In this document: positions 1-10,101 of the stretch, in pieces
Layout of the letters: every line of letters begins with the position of its first letter
Numbering within the stretch: position 1 is the stretch's first letter
The notes under the pieces: model-generated
The model's database searches: none
Told to the model about the DNA's origin: nothing
Seen by the model: only the letters and a program-made list of their open reading frames with translations
NCBI GenBank assembly: GCA_965224085.1
Contig: CBDCYI010000005.1
Location: 1,120,001-1,184,000 of the forward strand
DNA: 64,000 nucleotides
Source of the DNA: Candidatus Marinacidobacterales bacterium
GTDB lineage: Bacteria > Acidobacteriota > Vicinamibacteria > Marinacidobacterales > SMYC01
Direction of reading: 5' to 3'
Made by a program: the position numbers and the translations under genes

Positions 1-21
1 TCTGACACAAAGGAGCGGGTC

Positions 22-1479
22 TTGCTGATACGCTATGGCGTGAAACCGTCCACTCCTCTGCTGTCCGGCCTCGTCGCTTTCGTCAAACGGGATTGCCCGA
101 CCTGCGAGCTCGTCGTGCCAGTTCTTTCGCAAATCTCCGCGAAGGAAACGCTGACGGTCTATACGCAAGATGATCCGGCCTTCCCGCCGGGTATCCCGGC
201 GGTAGATGACACGTCCCTCGAGCAGTCGTGGCACCACCAGATCGAGATCGTGCCGACGCTCATCCGCGTGCAGGGCGGCGAAGAGCGTGGGCGCGTCTTG
301 GGTTGGCACCGTGAGGAATGGGAAGCGCTCTCAGGCATCCCTGCGCTCGGGGCCGGCCTTCCCGGGCTTCGCCCAGGATGCGGCTCGCTCAGCGTTGATC
401 CTTCGCGTGTACGGGAGCTCTCGGTGCGCTTCGGCGGCTCCAAGCTTCGCGCACGCCGTGTCGAGCTTGCCGCGCTCGAAGACGAAATGGAGGCCATGTA
501 CGCCCGAGGCTGGAGCGACGGGCTGCCAATCGTGCCCCCGACGGAGTCGCGTGTGCTTGCGATGCTCGAAGGAACGACGCGTGCGCCCGACGACGTTGTA
601 GCGATTGTCCCGCCCGATCTGGTGGAGTGCACCGTCGAGAAGGTCGCGATCAACGCCGTGATGGCCGGCTGCAAACCCGAATACTTGCCCGTCGTGTTAG
701 CTGCTGTGGAAGCCGTGTGCACGGACCGCTTCAACATGCACGGTGTTATCGCCACGACGATGGGGGTCGGGCCGATCGTCGTCGTGAACGGTCCCATCCG
801 CCGCGCGATCGGGATGAACTCCGGGATGAACGTGCTCGGGCAAGGCAACCGCGCCAACGCGACGATGGGACGCGCGCTGCAGCTCGTGGTCCGAAACGTC
901 GGCGGTGGACGCCCAGGAGAAGTCGACCGCGCGACTTACGGAAACCCCGGGAAGCTCGGATTCTGTTTTGCGGAAGACGAGGAAAGCTCGCCGTGGGGAC
1001 CGCTATCGGCCGACTTCGGCGCCGAGCCGGGCACGAGCACAGTCACGGTGTTCGCCGGTGAAGGGCCGCGCAACGTCATCGACCAGAGGTCGCGGGAACC
1101 GGTGTCTCTGTCGCGCAGCCTAGCTGCCACGCTTCGCTCCTTGCAGCACCCAAAGCTCGCCATCGGCTATGACGCGATGCTCGTCGTTGGGCCCGAGCAC
1201 GCGCGCGTTCTCAAAGCGGCCGGCTGGAGCAAAGAGCAGCTCATCGCAAAATTGATGGAGCTCTTGACGATTCCGGGCGAGGAGATGATGCGCGGCGTGG
1301 ACGACATCGCCGAGGGCATGCCCGAGTCGTTTCGCAGCCAGCCCGTGACCAAGTTCCGTCCGGGCGGCCTTCTTGTCGTCCACTGCGGCGGTAGCGCCGG
1401 CCTCTTCTCCGCTATCCTCGGCGGCTGGGCGAGCGGCCCGAAAGGTAGCCAGCCCACGGTTCAGGAGATTCGACCATGA
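22..1479 (+). CDS. Thioredoxin-like (CxxC) domain fused to the conserved 'GWSDGLPxVPPT' domain typical of UGSC-selenoprotein partners
   Basis: N-terminal CPTC motif; GWSDGLPIVPPT, AINAVMAGC and GNRANATMGRAL motifs; AAGGAG before TTG at 22 (GTG at 40 is an alternative start); overlaps the next gene (ATGA). Confidence 0.75.
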   Translation: MLIRYGVKPSTPLLSGLVAFVKRDCPTCELVVPVLSQISAKETLTVYTQDDPAFPPGIPAVDDTSLEQSWHHQIEIVPTLIRVQGGEERGRVLGWHREEWEALSGIPALGAGLPGLRPGCGSLSVDPSRVRELSVRFGGSKLRARRVELAALEDEMEAMYARGWSDGLPIVPPTESRVLAMLEGTTRAPDDVVAIVPPDLVECTVEKVAINAVMAGCKPEYLPVVLAAVEAVCTDRFNMHGVIATTMGVGPIVVVNGPIRRAIGMNSGMNVLGQGNRANATMGRALQLVVRNVGGGRPGEVDRATYGNPGKLGFCFAEDEESSPWGPLSADFGAEPGTSTVTVFAGEGPRNVIDQRSREPVSLSRSLAATLRSLQHPKLAIGYDAMLVVGPEHARVLKAAGWSKEQLIAKLMELLTIPGEEMMRGVDDIAEGMPESFRSQPVTKFRPGGLLVVHCGGSAGLFSAILGGWASGPKGSQPTVQEIRP

Positions 1480-2009
1480 CGAACGAACCTCGCACTGTGC
1501 TCGATCCGACGAGCGAGCAAAAGCCCAAGCACATCCCGCGAGCGCCACGCCTCGCGTCTTTCGAGAAGCGCACCATCGGCTTGCTCGACATCAGCAAGCC
1601 GAAAGGAAACGTCTTTCTCGATCGCGTCGAGCAAGAGCTCCGAGCGCTAGGGGCCGCCGTGGAGAGGTTCCAGAAACCGACCTTCGCCAAGCCGGCGCCG
1701 GTCGATCTCCGGCACGAGATCGCCACCCGGTGCGATGCGGTCGTCGAAGCGCTCGCCGACTGAGGAAGCTGCACGTCGTGCAGTGTGCACGACTCGGCGG
1801 AGCTCGAAAGCCGGGGCGTCCCCACCGTCTTCATCGCGACCGAGCCCTTCATCGACGGCGCCGAAGCGCAGGCGAGAGCGCTCGGCGTCGAGCCTATCGG
1901 TGTGTTCGTACCGCACCCCATTCAAGATCGAACCGACGACGAAGTCCGCATCATCACGGCGGACGCGATGGCGAAGATCGTGACCGGCTTGACCACGGGA
2001 CAAACCTAG
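1476..2009 (+). CDS. UGSC-motif selenoprotein (177 aa, Sec at codon 96)
   Basis: ORFs 1476-1763 and 1785-2009 are in the same frame, joined by TGA 1761-1763, reading EALAD-U-GSCTSCSVHD; hairpin downstream of the TGA. Confidence 0.85.
1775..1793 (+). promoter_or_regulatory. Candidate bacterial SECIS for the UGSC protein
   Basis: GTCGTGCA-GTG-TGCACGAC perfect 8-bp stem, 11 nt after the TGA. Confidence 0.7.
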
Positions 2010-2069
2010 CTCTCGGATGCGCGCGTCGATCCGTCGGTCGCTCTTGGCGTTTAGCCTAGCCGGCTCCCT

Positions 2070-2270
2070 ATGATCAGAAACGGCCACGCCGACTCGCCTG
2101 CCCGCTTTGTCGAGTTCGTCACCCTCATGGGGTTGATGATGTCGCTCGTGGCGCTCTCGATCGACGCCATGCTTCCCGCGCTCTCTCAGATCGGCTCCGA
2201 TCTCGGCGTGACGCGCGCCAACGACAATCAGCTCATCGTTTCGCTGCTCCTACTCGGTATGGCCATCGGA
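2070..2270 (+). pseudogene. 5' fragment of a Bcr/CflA-family MFS efflux transporter
   Basis: EFVTLMGLMMSLVALSIDAMLPAL...QLIVSLLLLGMAIG resembles TM1-2, then similarity stops abruptly. Confidence 0.7.
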
Positions 2271-2335
2271 GCTCGGGATGAAGCTGCCACAAACTCGAGA
2301 TGGACACAGCAAGCTTGCAAAACGGGAGCGTCGAG

Positions 2336-2874
2336 ATGTTTGAGACCGAGAGATTCATCGAAGCGTGCCGGAAAGCCGTGAAGGATACGGACACGCGTGC
2401 GATCAGGGAAGTCGTGGAAAGAGCGGTCAGCGAGCCTGGCCAAATCGTAAAGAAATTGGGCGGGCCGAAGCGCGCCGGGATCGAGACACTCCACCAATCG
2501 GCCGACTTGACCGTGCTCAACCTCATCTGGGGTCCAGGGATGTCGCTCCATCCGCACGACCACCGCATGCTCGCTATCATCGGTCTTTACGGCGGACAGG
2601 AAAATAACACCTTCTACAAACGCAGCAAGGCGGCCTGAGCGAGCAGGGCGGCAAGGAGCTGAACGCGAAAGAAACACTTGTCCTCGGCGAGGCCGTCATC
2701 CACGCCGTCAGCAACCCCCTCGACGAGCTGACGGGAGCCATCCACGTCTACTCGGGCGATTTCTTCGCGACACCGCGAAGCGAGTGGGACCCCGAAACAT
2801 TCGAAGAGCATCCTTACGACATCGAGCACACGTTGCGGGTCTTCGAAGAATCCAACCAGCGGCTCGAACATTGA
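2336..2874 (+). CDS. Cysteine-dioxygenase-like cupin metalloprotein, frameshifted near 2630
   Basis: HPHDH...IGLYGGQENN motif; continues as VIHAVSNP...AIHVYSGDFF in another frame; one extra G in AAGG restores it. Confidence 0.7.
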
Positions 2875-3390
2875 CACGGTTCACGGTCCTCGGCGTCGCG
2901 ACCGCGTCGCTTCTGAGCTGCACGCCGTCCGATAGAACCACCGCTCCCGATCTTCTCTATGTCGGGGCGTTCGACACGAACCAGGAAGCGAGCGACTTCT
3001 TGACCGTCCTCGACGCGGATCGCGGCGCGTCAACGTACGGCGTCATCTTAGACACGCTCCCGGTCGGCTTGGTCGGAGGCGCACACCACACCGAACATCG
3101 CATGCCCGATGGGAACATCCTTTTCGCGAACGCCTTCTCCGCGGGCACAACGTTCTTGTTCGACGTTACGCGTCCTCGCTCGCCAGCCGTTCTGAGCTCA
3201 TTCGTCGAACGAGGCGCCTACACATTCCTCCACAGCTCCGAGCGGCTGCAAAGCGGTAACGTGCTCGCAACCTTCCAGAATCATGGGGATGGAAACCTGG
3301 AGCCGGGCGGACTCGTCTAGCTGGATCCAGAGGGAGTCTTTGTTAGAGGAGCCGACGCCGCAGACCCCGGTGTCGATCACCTTCGCGCCC
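2871..3390 (+). pseudogene. Truncated SBP56/methanethiol-oxidase-like beta-propeller lipoprotein
   Basis: Lipobox-like LLSC; DFLTVLDAD...YG...AHHTEH...LFANAF; TAG at 3318-3320 in GGLV*LDPEG; similarity lost shortly afterwards. Confidence 0.55.
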
Positions 3391-3405
3391 TGAGGGGCTC
3401 CATCC

Positions 3406-5031
3406 TCACCCCCTCAAGGCCGCAAGCTGGTCCGCGTAGCCGGCGGGATCGATGGTGACGTCGATCAGGGCCGGCCCTTCATGGGCGAAGGCCCCGGTCA
3501 TGGCCGGAGTCAGGTCTTCATGGGCCTGAACATGCCAGGACAGCCAACCGAGCGCTCGCGCGATCACGGCGAGGTCGGCGGGCGGGTATCGGACCCCCCG
3601 GCTGGCGCGCTGCTGACGCTGCTGTTTAATGTCGATGAGCGACAGCGCCGCATCGTTGAGGACCACAACGACGATCCGGCAGCTGTTCTCTACCGCAGTC
3701 TTCAGCTCCCCCAGACACATCATCAACCCGCCGTCGCCCGTGAAGGCGACGACCGTTCGGTCCGGCTCCTCCAGGCAGGAGGCAACGGCGGCGGGAAGGG
3801 CGTATCCCATGGTGGACAGGCCATTGGACTTCAACACGCCGAAAGGCTCTTGGGCCTGCCATGACGAGAGAACGCTGAACATGTGGGCGCCCGCATCCAC
3901 CGCGGCCCGGCAACGGGCAGGCGCAGCGTGACGTGCAAGCTCGACCACGGTCTGCGCTGTGTGGCCATTGCCGAGGCAACGGAGACGTGCACGCATCTTT
4001 TCGCGAAGCTCCCCGATCTCGTTCCGTGTCCACTTGGTTGGCTTGCCAACCGGAAGGATGCCGAGAACCGCCTCGGCGAGAGAGCCGACGAGCCGGCAGG
4101 CCGGAGGTGCCGGGGGGTCGGAGCCTGTGTAAGGAAAAAGATCCAGGATCGGCGCGTCGTAGTGCCATTGCCCGGGAATGAGCTCCACCGAATCCAGACC
4201 GTAGAGCACGATCAGGTCGGCGCGGCTGACGGTGTCCGCCTCAGCCACCGCGCCCGTGAACGTTCCAACGGTACCCGGGTGGCTATCGGGTAATACGCCC
4301 TTGGCCTTGTAAGTCAGAAGCACCGGACAAGACAGGGCGTCAGCGAGCTTCTCGAGCGCCGCCGGCGCGTCACCGGAGCGGGACTCCAGGCCGGCAATAA
4401 TAATGGGGTTGCGGCTTTCACCCAATAGCTCGCGGGCTAATTCTACATCGTGAGCTTCGAAGACATCGGCGACGGAGGGACGGGACCGCTCAATCTCCAC
4501 GATCGAACGCCTTGGCGCATCGGTGGACGAGCCCGCCACGTAGGCCGAAGCGTCTGCTGCCGTCAGATCCAGATGCACCGGCCCCCGTGGAGGCGCCAGT
4601 GCGACTTCGATCGCCCTTTCGATTCCGGCGCGACCGTCCCCGGGGCGGAGCCTCCCCTGGGACTTGGTTATGGGGGCGAACAGTGCGCTTTGATCGAAGG
4701 CCTGGTGCAGGGAAGAAGCAGGGCCGTCGGTGAACAAGACCAACGGCGCTCGCTCCAGATGGGCGTAGGCGATGCCGTTTACGGTGCTGGCGGCACCCGG
4801 GCCGACGCCGGCCAGCACCACTCCGGGCGTGCCGGTCAACTCGCCGGTGACCGCAGCCATTATCGCCGCTGCCGTCTCCGTTCGGGCGAGCACGAACTCG
4901 ATACCCTGTGCGCCGGCCGCGTCGATCAGATCCAGGCTCGACCCACCCCCCGGGATCCCGAATATCCGTTGCACACCGTGACGCACCAGTGCGGCAACAA
5001 TGGATTCGGCCAAAGTGTTGGGGGCAGACAC
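3406..5031 (-). CDS. Thiamine-diphosphate-binding protein (acetolactate synthase large-subunit-like)
   Basis: FGIPGG, GPG and GDGG...VVLND ThDP motif. Confidence 0.85.
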   Translation of the reverse strand: MSAPNTLAESIVAALVRHGVQRIFGIPGGGSSLDLIDAAGAQGIEFVLARTETAAAIMAAVTGELTGTPGVVLAGVGPGAASTVNGIAYAHLERAPLVLFTDGPASSLHQAFDQSALFAPITKSQGRLRPGDGRAGIERAIEVALAPPRGPVHLDLTAADASAYVAGSSTDAPRRSIVEIERSRPSVADVFEAHDVELARELLGESRNPIIIAGLESRSGDAPAALEKLADALSCPVLLTYKAKGVLPDSHPGTVGTFTGAVAEADTVSRADLIVLYGLDSVELIPGQWHYDAPILDLFPYTGSDPPAPPACRLVGSLAEAVLGILPVGKPTKWTRNEIGELREKMRARLRCLGNGHTAQTVVELARHAAPARCRAAVDAGAHMFSVLSSWQAQEPFGVLKSNGLSTMGYALPAAVASCLEEPDRTVVAFTGDGGLMMCLGELKTAVENSCRIVVVVLNDAALSLIDIKQQRQQRASRGVRYPPADLAVIARALGWLSWHVQAHEDLTPAMTGAFAHEGPALIDVTIDPAGYADQLAALRG

Positions 5032-5043
5032 GACTGGCTCCGG

Positions 5044-5720
5044 TCAGATTTTCTTGTACTTCGCCATCGCCTCGGAGAATGTCAGGCCGGCCTTCATATC
5101 CTCTATGGCCGAGGCATCGTCCTGGGCAAACTGTTCGGCAAGGCTAACAATCTTCGCCGCATCCTGGCGCGGTAGGCAGACGACCCCGGTCCCGTCACCG
5201 GCGAGGATGTCCCCTGGCTCCACCCGAACCCCGTCGATGACAATGGGCTCATTGATGGCTTCAACCTTGAGCCGTGTACGGCCCGTGCTCGGCACTATGT
5301 GCCGGGCGAATACCGGAAAGTCGAAAGCGATGATCTCTTCCAGATCCCGCACGGCCCCGTCGACCACCAAGCCCGCAACACCTTTCAACTTCGCAGCGTA
5401 GGACGCCATGCCACCCCAGGTGGAATAAGGTGCCCATCTCCATCGATGACGATCACGTCGCCGGCTGTCGCGGCGTCGATCATCGCACCGACCCTGAAAT
5501 CCTCGCTGCTAAAACTGCCAAACTCACCGCTCGCCTCCTTGACGGTCACCGCCGGCCCGGCAAACCAGAAGCCGGCCGCCACTGTCTTGATTCCCGGCAT
5601 CATCTTGTCGTGGTAGCCAGTATCGTCAAGGGCGTTGGCCAGGGTGCTGGTGGCCAGAGAAGCGATGCGATCGATCACGTCGTACTCTTCCAGATAATCT
5701 CGACCATCGCAACCTATCAA
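5044..5720 (-). CDS. RraA family / HMG-aldolase-like protein, frameshifted near 5433
   Basis: AGPAVTV...GDVIVIDG + STWGGMAS...VVDGAVRD...PGDILAGDGTGVV; one G added to a GGG run joins the two ORFs. Confidence 0.8.
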
Positions 5721-5866
5721 GACAAGCGCTCATGGAGTAACGATGATGTCCGCTCAGCGCTCGATTTCTTTTGCTGCACTTCGGTGAACGCCATCCGGAC
5801 GACCCCGTAATGTGCGGCGCTTCGTCGTAATAGGTGCTACCCGATCCGTCCTCAATCGCGGACGAC

Positions 5867-6061
5867 CTACGCGTCGTCGTCTCGGGCCTCTACTTGCTCT
5901 CGAAGGCGCGCGAGCCAGGCGCTCTCCGTTGTGGGCCCTTCGTCGCTGCCTCGATAACGCACGCGAACGGCTCGGTCCGCGAGCTCGCGGTCACCGAGCA
6001 CGAGAACGTAGGGAACTTTCTCGAGTGCGGCGTCGCGCACTCTCGCTCCCAGCGGCTCTTG
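5867..6061 (-). pseudogene. thrS: 3' remnant of threonyl-tRNA synthetase (anticodon-binding domain)
   Basis: Manual translation EPLGARVRDAALEKVPYVLVLGDRELADRAVRVRYRG; no start codon, stop immediately upstream. Confidence 0.7.
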
Positions 6062-6195
6062 CTACGATGAGACCCACAACTCGAAGGATCTCGGCTTCGA
6101 GCTGATCGGAGCGGTCAATGTCTCAGCTTGCATAGGCTGGGCCGTTTGGTCACGGTCGTGGAGAATCCCAGATGCTTTGGCCGGCGAATCCGCTG

Positions 6196-6306
6196 TCAGG
6201 CCATCTCGCCGGTCATCAACCACCGAGCGCATGCCGGCCCCAGCTCCACGAGCGCCCGCTCCTCGTAGCTCAACCGGTCCTCTTCTGGAAGGATGTCCGT
6301 CCATCG
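6196..6306 (-). pseudogene. 3' remnant of a sulfotransferase-domain protein
   Basis: Manual translation RWTDILPEEDRLSYEERALVELGPACARWLMTGEMA* resembles a sulfotransferase C-terminus. Confidence 0.45.
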
Positions 6307-6640
6307 GCAGAAGAAGCGCTTCCCCATCGGACAACCTACGCCTGTCGAGGCGATTGAATTCAGAATGGATCAGCTGGGCCTGAGCCGAAGAGATCTCGAA
6401 GAGTACATAGGCAGCCGAAGCAAAGTGTCGGAGGTTCTTTCCGGAAAGCGCTCGCTCACACTGCGAATGATCCGAGCGTTGTCGAAGGGCCTTGATATTC
6501 CCGCCGACGTGCTCCTTCAAGAGTCGCTGCCGGCCGACTTAGGCCTCGAATGGACACGATTCCCTCTGCCGGAAATGCATCGTCGCGGATGGCTCCCCTC
6601 CGCCGACGAAGATCGTGCAGAGGAACTGATACGCGAATAG
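6293..6640 (+). pseudogene. HigA-type HTH antitoxin fragment (N-terminus missing, probably C-truncated)
   Basis: FPIGQPTPVEAIEFRMDQLGLSRRDLEEYIGSRSKVSEVLSGKRSLTLRMIRAL; no adjacent higB. Confidence 0.7.
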
Positions 6641-7674
6641 ACGTCGCTTCGTTCGAGAACATCGCCAGCCTGGCGTCGCCTAGCATCGCGGCGCTATCCG
6701 CGCAGCACGCAACAGTCGAGGCTCTCATCGCAAGCGGGTCTATCCCGAATTTGGAAGTCGATCTTTCGACTCATCGACTACTCGGCGCCCTGGCGATGCC
6801 GGAAGCTCTTGCTGCAGCCGGACAGCTAAGCGAATCCTTTGCAGACGCGTTTCTTCAAGCACAACTTGCGTTCGAACAGGACTTGGTGGAGCCGCGACTA
6901 GCCCAATTGAGCGACGTCTCAGACGCGGTATTGCGAAATCAAGCTCTCGTCATCCAGGAGGCCTCCAAGCTGGCTTCGGTCATCAACGTCGGAATGGTCT
7001 TCGCCGCTCTCGATAGCCCCGATCCCTCTTCGCTCTCGTTGCCGCCGGACTGGCGTCGAACGAATTTCTACTCGGAGCTTCATTCCGAACTGGAACTTTC
7101 GTTGGATCTGGAAGACACCGAGCTCGACATCCAGACACGCGTAAGGACAACGCGACCCAGCAGGGCGTCGTCAGAAGCCTACCGGCTGCTGAAGCTCGTG
7201 CGTGCGTTTAACAAACGCGACGTCCGCAACGGTAAACCGGAAACATTTAAGCCTACTATAGAGCTGGCGTGGGGCTTCGCGGTTACCACCCACGAGGTCG
7301 CGACCGACGAGGAGTCGTTTGCCAACGTGGTCGATTCGCTCTTTCATATCATGTACGAGGGAACTGGGAACGCGCAACGGTTCGTGGAAACCTACGGTCG
7401 CGAGGATCCGCGACTGAACTGGTTATGGGATCTCAAGCACCTTAGACATGAGATTCGCCATGACATCGATCACGGGGATTCGCTTGAGACAAGGCGGAAA
7501 CATCTACGAGTGGGAAGAATCTTTGAGTCGCTTATCGGCCGACGCTTTCCGCAAACAAGCGAAGATTGGCTCACTGCACAAATCGAGATCTACCGGAGCC
7601 TTCGAAGGATGCTTGACGCTTTCTGGTCTGAGTCTCCCGGGGATGGTCGTGCTCCCCGAGACGGCGACGGGTAG
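6550..7674 (+). CDS. Hypothetical protein with a C-terminal helical domain carrying an RxxxxH (HEPN-like) motif
   Basis: 374-aa ORF containing LKHLRHEIRHDIDHG; start uncertain. Confidence 0.5.
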   Translation: MDTIPSAGNASSRMAPLRRRRSCRGTDTRIDVASFENIASLASPSIAALSAQHATVEALIASGSIPNLEVDLSTHRLLGALAMPEALAAAGQLSESFADAFLQAQLAFEQDLVEPRLAQLSDVSDAVLRNQALVIQEASKLASVINVGMVFAALDSPDPSSLSLPPDWRRTNFYSELHSELELSLDLEDTELDIQTRVRTTRPSRASSEAYRLLKLVRAFNKRDVRNGKPETFKPTIELAWGFAVTTHEVATDEESFANVVDSLFHIMYEGTGNAQRFVETYGREDPRLNWLWDLKHLRHEIRHDIDHGDSLETRRKHLRVGRIFESLIGRRFPQTSEDWLTAQIEIYRSLRRMLDAFWSESPGDGRAPRDGDG

Positions 7675-7969
7675 CCGCACACTCGCCGGGACGAGCTGCG
7701 TTAAATAACGGTTGCCTTCACGTCGATTGGCTACTCTCGCTCGGGTAGGATACGTCACGTCTTCGCGGCGAGAGTGTTCGAAGCAATCGCTCTCAGGATT
7801 GTCGATTGGAGGATCGTGGGGCTGTTCGTGGCGCGCAAAGCTTACTTAGACGAACCGTTCTGCTGAATTCGGGCGCAACGGCACAAGTTAAGCACAAGTC
7901 CCGACCAGTCGGGTCCGGGCACCGCGTGATTCTGCCGCATGAAGTCATAGCAAGCGAATCACTTCCAAC

Positions 7970-8053
7970 TGGTACCGGGGGTGGGAATCGAACCCACACA
8001 CCTTGCGGTAGGGGATTTTAAGTCCCCCGCGTCTGCCATTCCGCCACCCCGGC
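7970..8053 (-). tRNA. tRNA-Leu(TAA)
   Basis: GCCGGGGTGGCGGAATGGCAGACGC...GGGGA-CTTAAAA-TCCCC, long variable arm, TTCGA, CCA end. Confidence 0.95.
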
Positions 8054-8142
8054 ATGAGTAGGACGATCATAGCGCAGCAGTGGTGCCGACGTGACTCCCG
8101 TCACGTTGGTAAAGGCGTGCTTACGGTACGCTTCAGGTAGCC

Positions 8143-9141
8143 GTGATCGTTCGCGTGCTCGCTTTCGTGTGGGGCGTAAGCCTGCTCGCGTGCCGTACGG
8201 CCTCCGAGCCTTCGGATTTCGAGCCGGTGGAGATACCCGCGGCTCCGGCGGGCGCGAACGCAGTCCTGCTCGAAGATCTTCCTGCGGGAGCGCTCTATCC
8301 TCCCGGCAACTGGTGGGGCCAAGATATCCGGAGCGCGCCGGTCGATCCCACGTCCGATGACATGCTGCGGTGGATTGGCGGACGGCAGCTCCATCCCGAC
8401 TTTGGGCCGCCGCCATACGGCATCCCGTATGTCACGGTCTCTGCTGGCACGCCCCGTGTGCCGATCACTTTCGTCGACTATCCCGAAGAGAGCGACGCGG
8501 GAGCGCTGGGGAGCTCGGGATACCCTATTCCCGACGAAGGGAAGTCGCAGCCAAACTACATCGAGGGCGGCGTCCCTGGAGGCGGAAGCAACGGCGACCG
8601 CCATCTTCTCGTCTTCGATCGAGGCCAACGGCTGTTGTTCGAGACGTGGGCCACGCGGTTCAACGCTACTGAGAACCGGTGGGAAGCAGGCTCGTGGGCG
8701 GTGTTCGATTTGACCTCGAACGCGCGACGGCCCGAAGGTTGGACGTCCGCAGACGCAGCCGGGCTCGCGATTCTTCCTGGTCTCGTGCGCTACGACGAAG
8801 TCTATGGTTCGGGAGAGATCCAGCATGCTTTTCGCGTGACCGTGCGCGCGACCGACGGCCACGTATGGCCCGCGTCTCACACCGCGGGAGCCACCACCGG
8901 TGCTCCCCCGATGGGGACGCGCTTGCGCCTGCGCGCTAGCAAAGATCTTTCGGACTTCTCCGAGCCGATGCAGAGAATCTTCCGAGCGATGAAGACCTAC
9001 GGCCTCATTGTCGCCGACAACGGAAGCGACATGTTCGTCACCGGCACGATGGATCCGCGCTGGAGCAATGACGTGCTGAATCCCGCCTTTCGCGCGCTGA
9101 CGTCTGACGATTTCCAGATCATCACCCTTGGTTGGCGCTGA
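8143..9141 (+). CDS. Conserved hypothetical lipoprotein
   Basis: Lipobox LLAC; GDRHLLV, GWTSADAAGLAILPGLVRYDEV and MKTYGLIVADNGS motifs. Confidence 0.7.
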   Translation: MIVRVLAFVWGVSLLACRTASEPSDFEPVEIPAAPAGANAVLLEDLPAGALYPPGNWWGQDIRSAPVDPTSDDMLRWIGGRQLHPDFGPPPYGIPYVTVSAGTPRVPITFVDYPEESDAGALGSSGYPIPDEGKSQPNYIEGGVPGGGSNGDRHLLVFDRGQRLLFETWATRFNATENRWEAGSWAVFDLTSNARRPEGWTSADAAGLAILPGLVRYDEVYGSGEIQHAFRVTVRATDGHVWPASHTAGATTGAPPMGTRLRLRASKDLSDFSEPMQRIFRAMKTYGLIVADNGSDMFVTGTMDPRWSNDVLNPAFRALTSDDFQIITLGWR

Positions 9142-9413
9142 GACAGCGGGAGTTCGCGAGGCTTCCGTTCGATCTTCCCGTTATTTGTTGCCACTTTGGG
9201 ATCAACGGATCGCCTGAGGGGGCTTCCTCGAATCCAATGGGAAAGGTATTCCCTCACTTCCAGATTCATGCGGTCGATTTCGGCAAGAAAGCTGGACGCA
9301 GCCCGCCGATAGTTATCCGGGTTGGTTTCCTTATGGCGTAACTCTGTCACCTGACGCCGAAAAGTGTCGATCCTGTCTAAAGTCGCCTTCAACTCAGCAT
9401 CATTCGAAATCAT
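8997..9413 (-). CDS. Small helical protein paired with the upstream nucleotidyltransferase (antitoxin-like); 3' extent doubtful
   Basis: MISNDAELKATLDRI...FLAEIDRMNLEVREYL; 4-nt overlap with the upstream gene. Confidence 0.5.
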   Translation of the reverse strand: MISNDAELKATLDRIDTFRRQVTELRHKETNPDNYRRAASSFLAEIDRMNLEVREYLSHWIRGSPLRRSVDPKVATNNGKIERKPRELPLSQRQPRVMIWKSSDVSARKAGFSTSLLQRGSIVPVTNMSLPLSATMRP

Positions 9414-9790
9414 GCAATCACCTCGACGATTCCTCGTGGGGTCCCGTCGCGTTTGATCTGCCAGCCAGCGATGAAATCATCTTCCCCTCCAAGCGCTGCA
9501 AGTTTCCTAACCCGGAAGACACTGGAGCCGAACATCGACTGTGCGACGGAATGGTCCATCAGCATAACGATGTCCACGTCGTTGGGCTCTGGCTTTTTGG
9601 TCACGAAAGAGCCGAAGATGACAAACGTGCCAGATGACCCGTGGAGGCGGCCAAGTCATAGACCCGACGAAGTCGCTCAACCGTCTGCTTGCGGCGGAAC
9701 TTTCCCGAATCGATCCTCCACCTCTTCCAGTGTCGCCTTGTGGATTCCTGCTGGCAAGTCCCCAGACTCGGCGAACTCAGGAATGGGCAC
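9410..9790 (-). pseudogene. DUF6932-like minimal nucleotidyltransferase with two frameshifts
   Basis: VPIPEFAESGDLPAGIHKATLEEV...IFGSFVTKKPEPNDVDIV...RGIVEV read across three frames. Confidence 0.65.
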
Positions 9791-9985
9791 GGCGGGTAGT
9801 ATACCGCCTCCTCCATCCGCGCGCCTCGCTAGCTCAATTGGGTTCCATTAACGCCGTAATCCGTTTACGTCTGGCACAAGAAAGTGTAGTGAAAAGCGTA
9901 GTGAATGGGACGGCAAAGCTGGAGTATCTGTGGGTAAGCATGGGGAAGGCCAGAAAACACTAACTCGTTCACGACTCTCAAAGGT

Positions 9986-10061
9986 TGGAGGCGGCGGGCG
10001 GATTCGAACCGCCGAATAGAGGTTTTGCAGACCTCCGCCTTAGCCACTTGGCTACGCCGCC
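9986..10061 (-). tRNA. tRNA-Cys(GCA)
   Basis: GGCGGCGTAGCCAAGTGGCTAAGGC-GGAGGT-CTGCAAA-ACCTC...TTCGAAT...CCA. Confidence 0.95.
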
Positions 10062-10101
10062 TTGAATTTGTGTTCGGCGAGTCTTCTCCGGAGCAGCTAG
10101 T

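Noticed and set aside
2636-2638. TGA as selenocysteine in the cupin gene
   Set aside because: Similarity continues in a different frame, so this is a one-base indel rather than read-through
3318-3320. TAG as pyrrolysine or programmed read-through
   Set aside because: Glu (GAG) is the likely original residue and the gene is truncated soon after, so a nonsense change fits better
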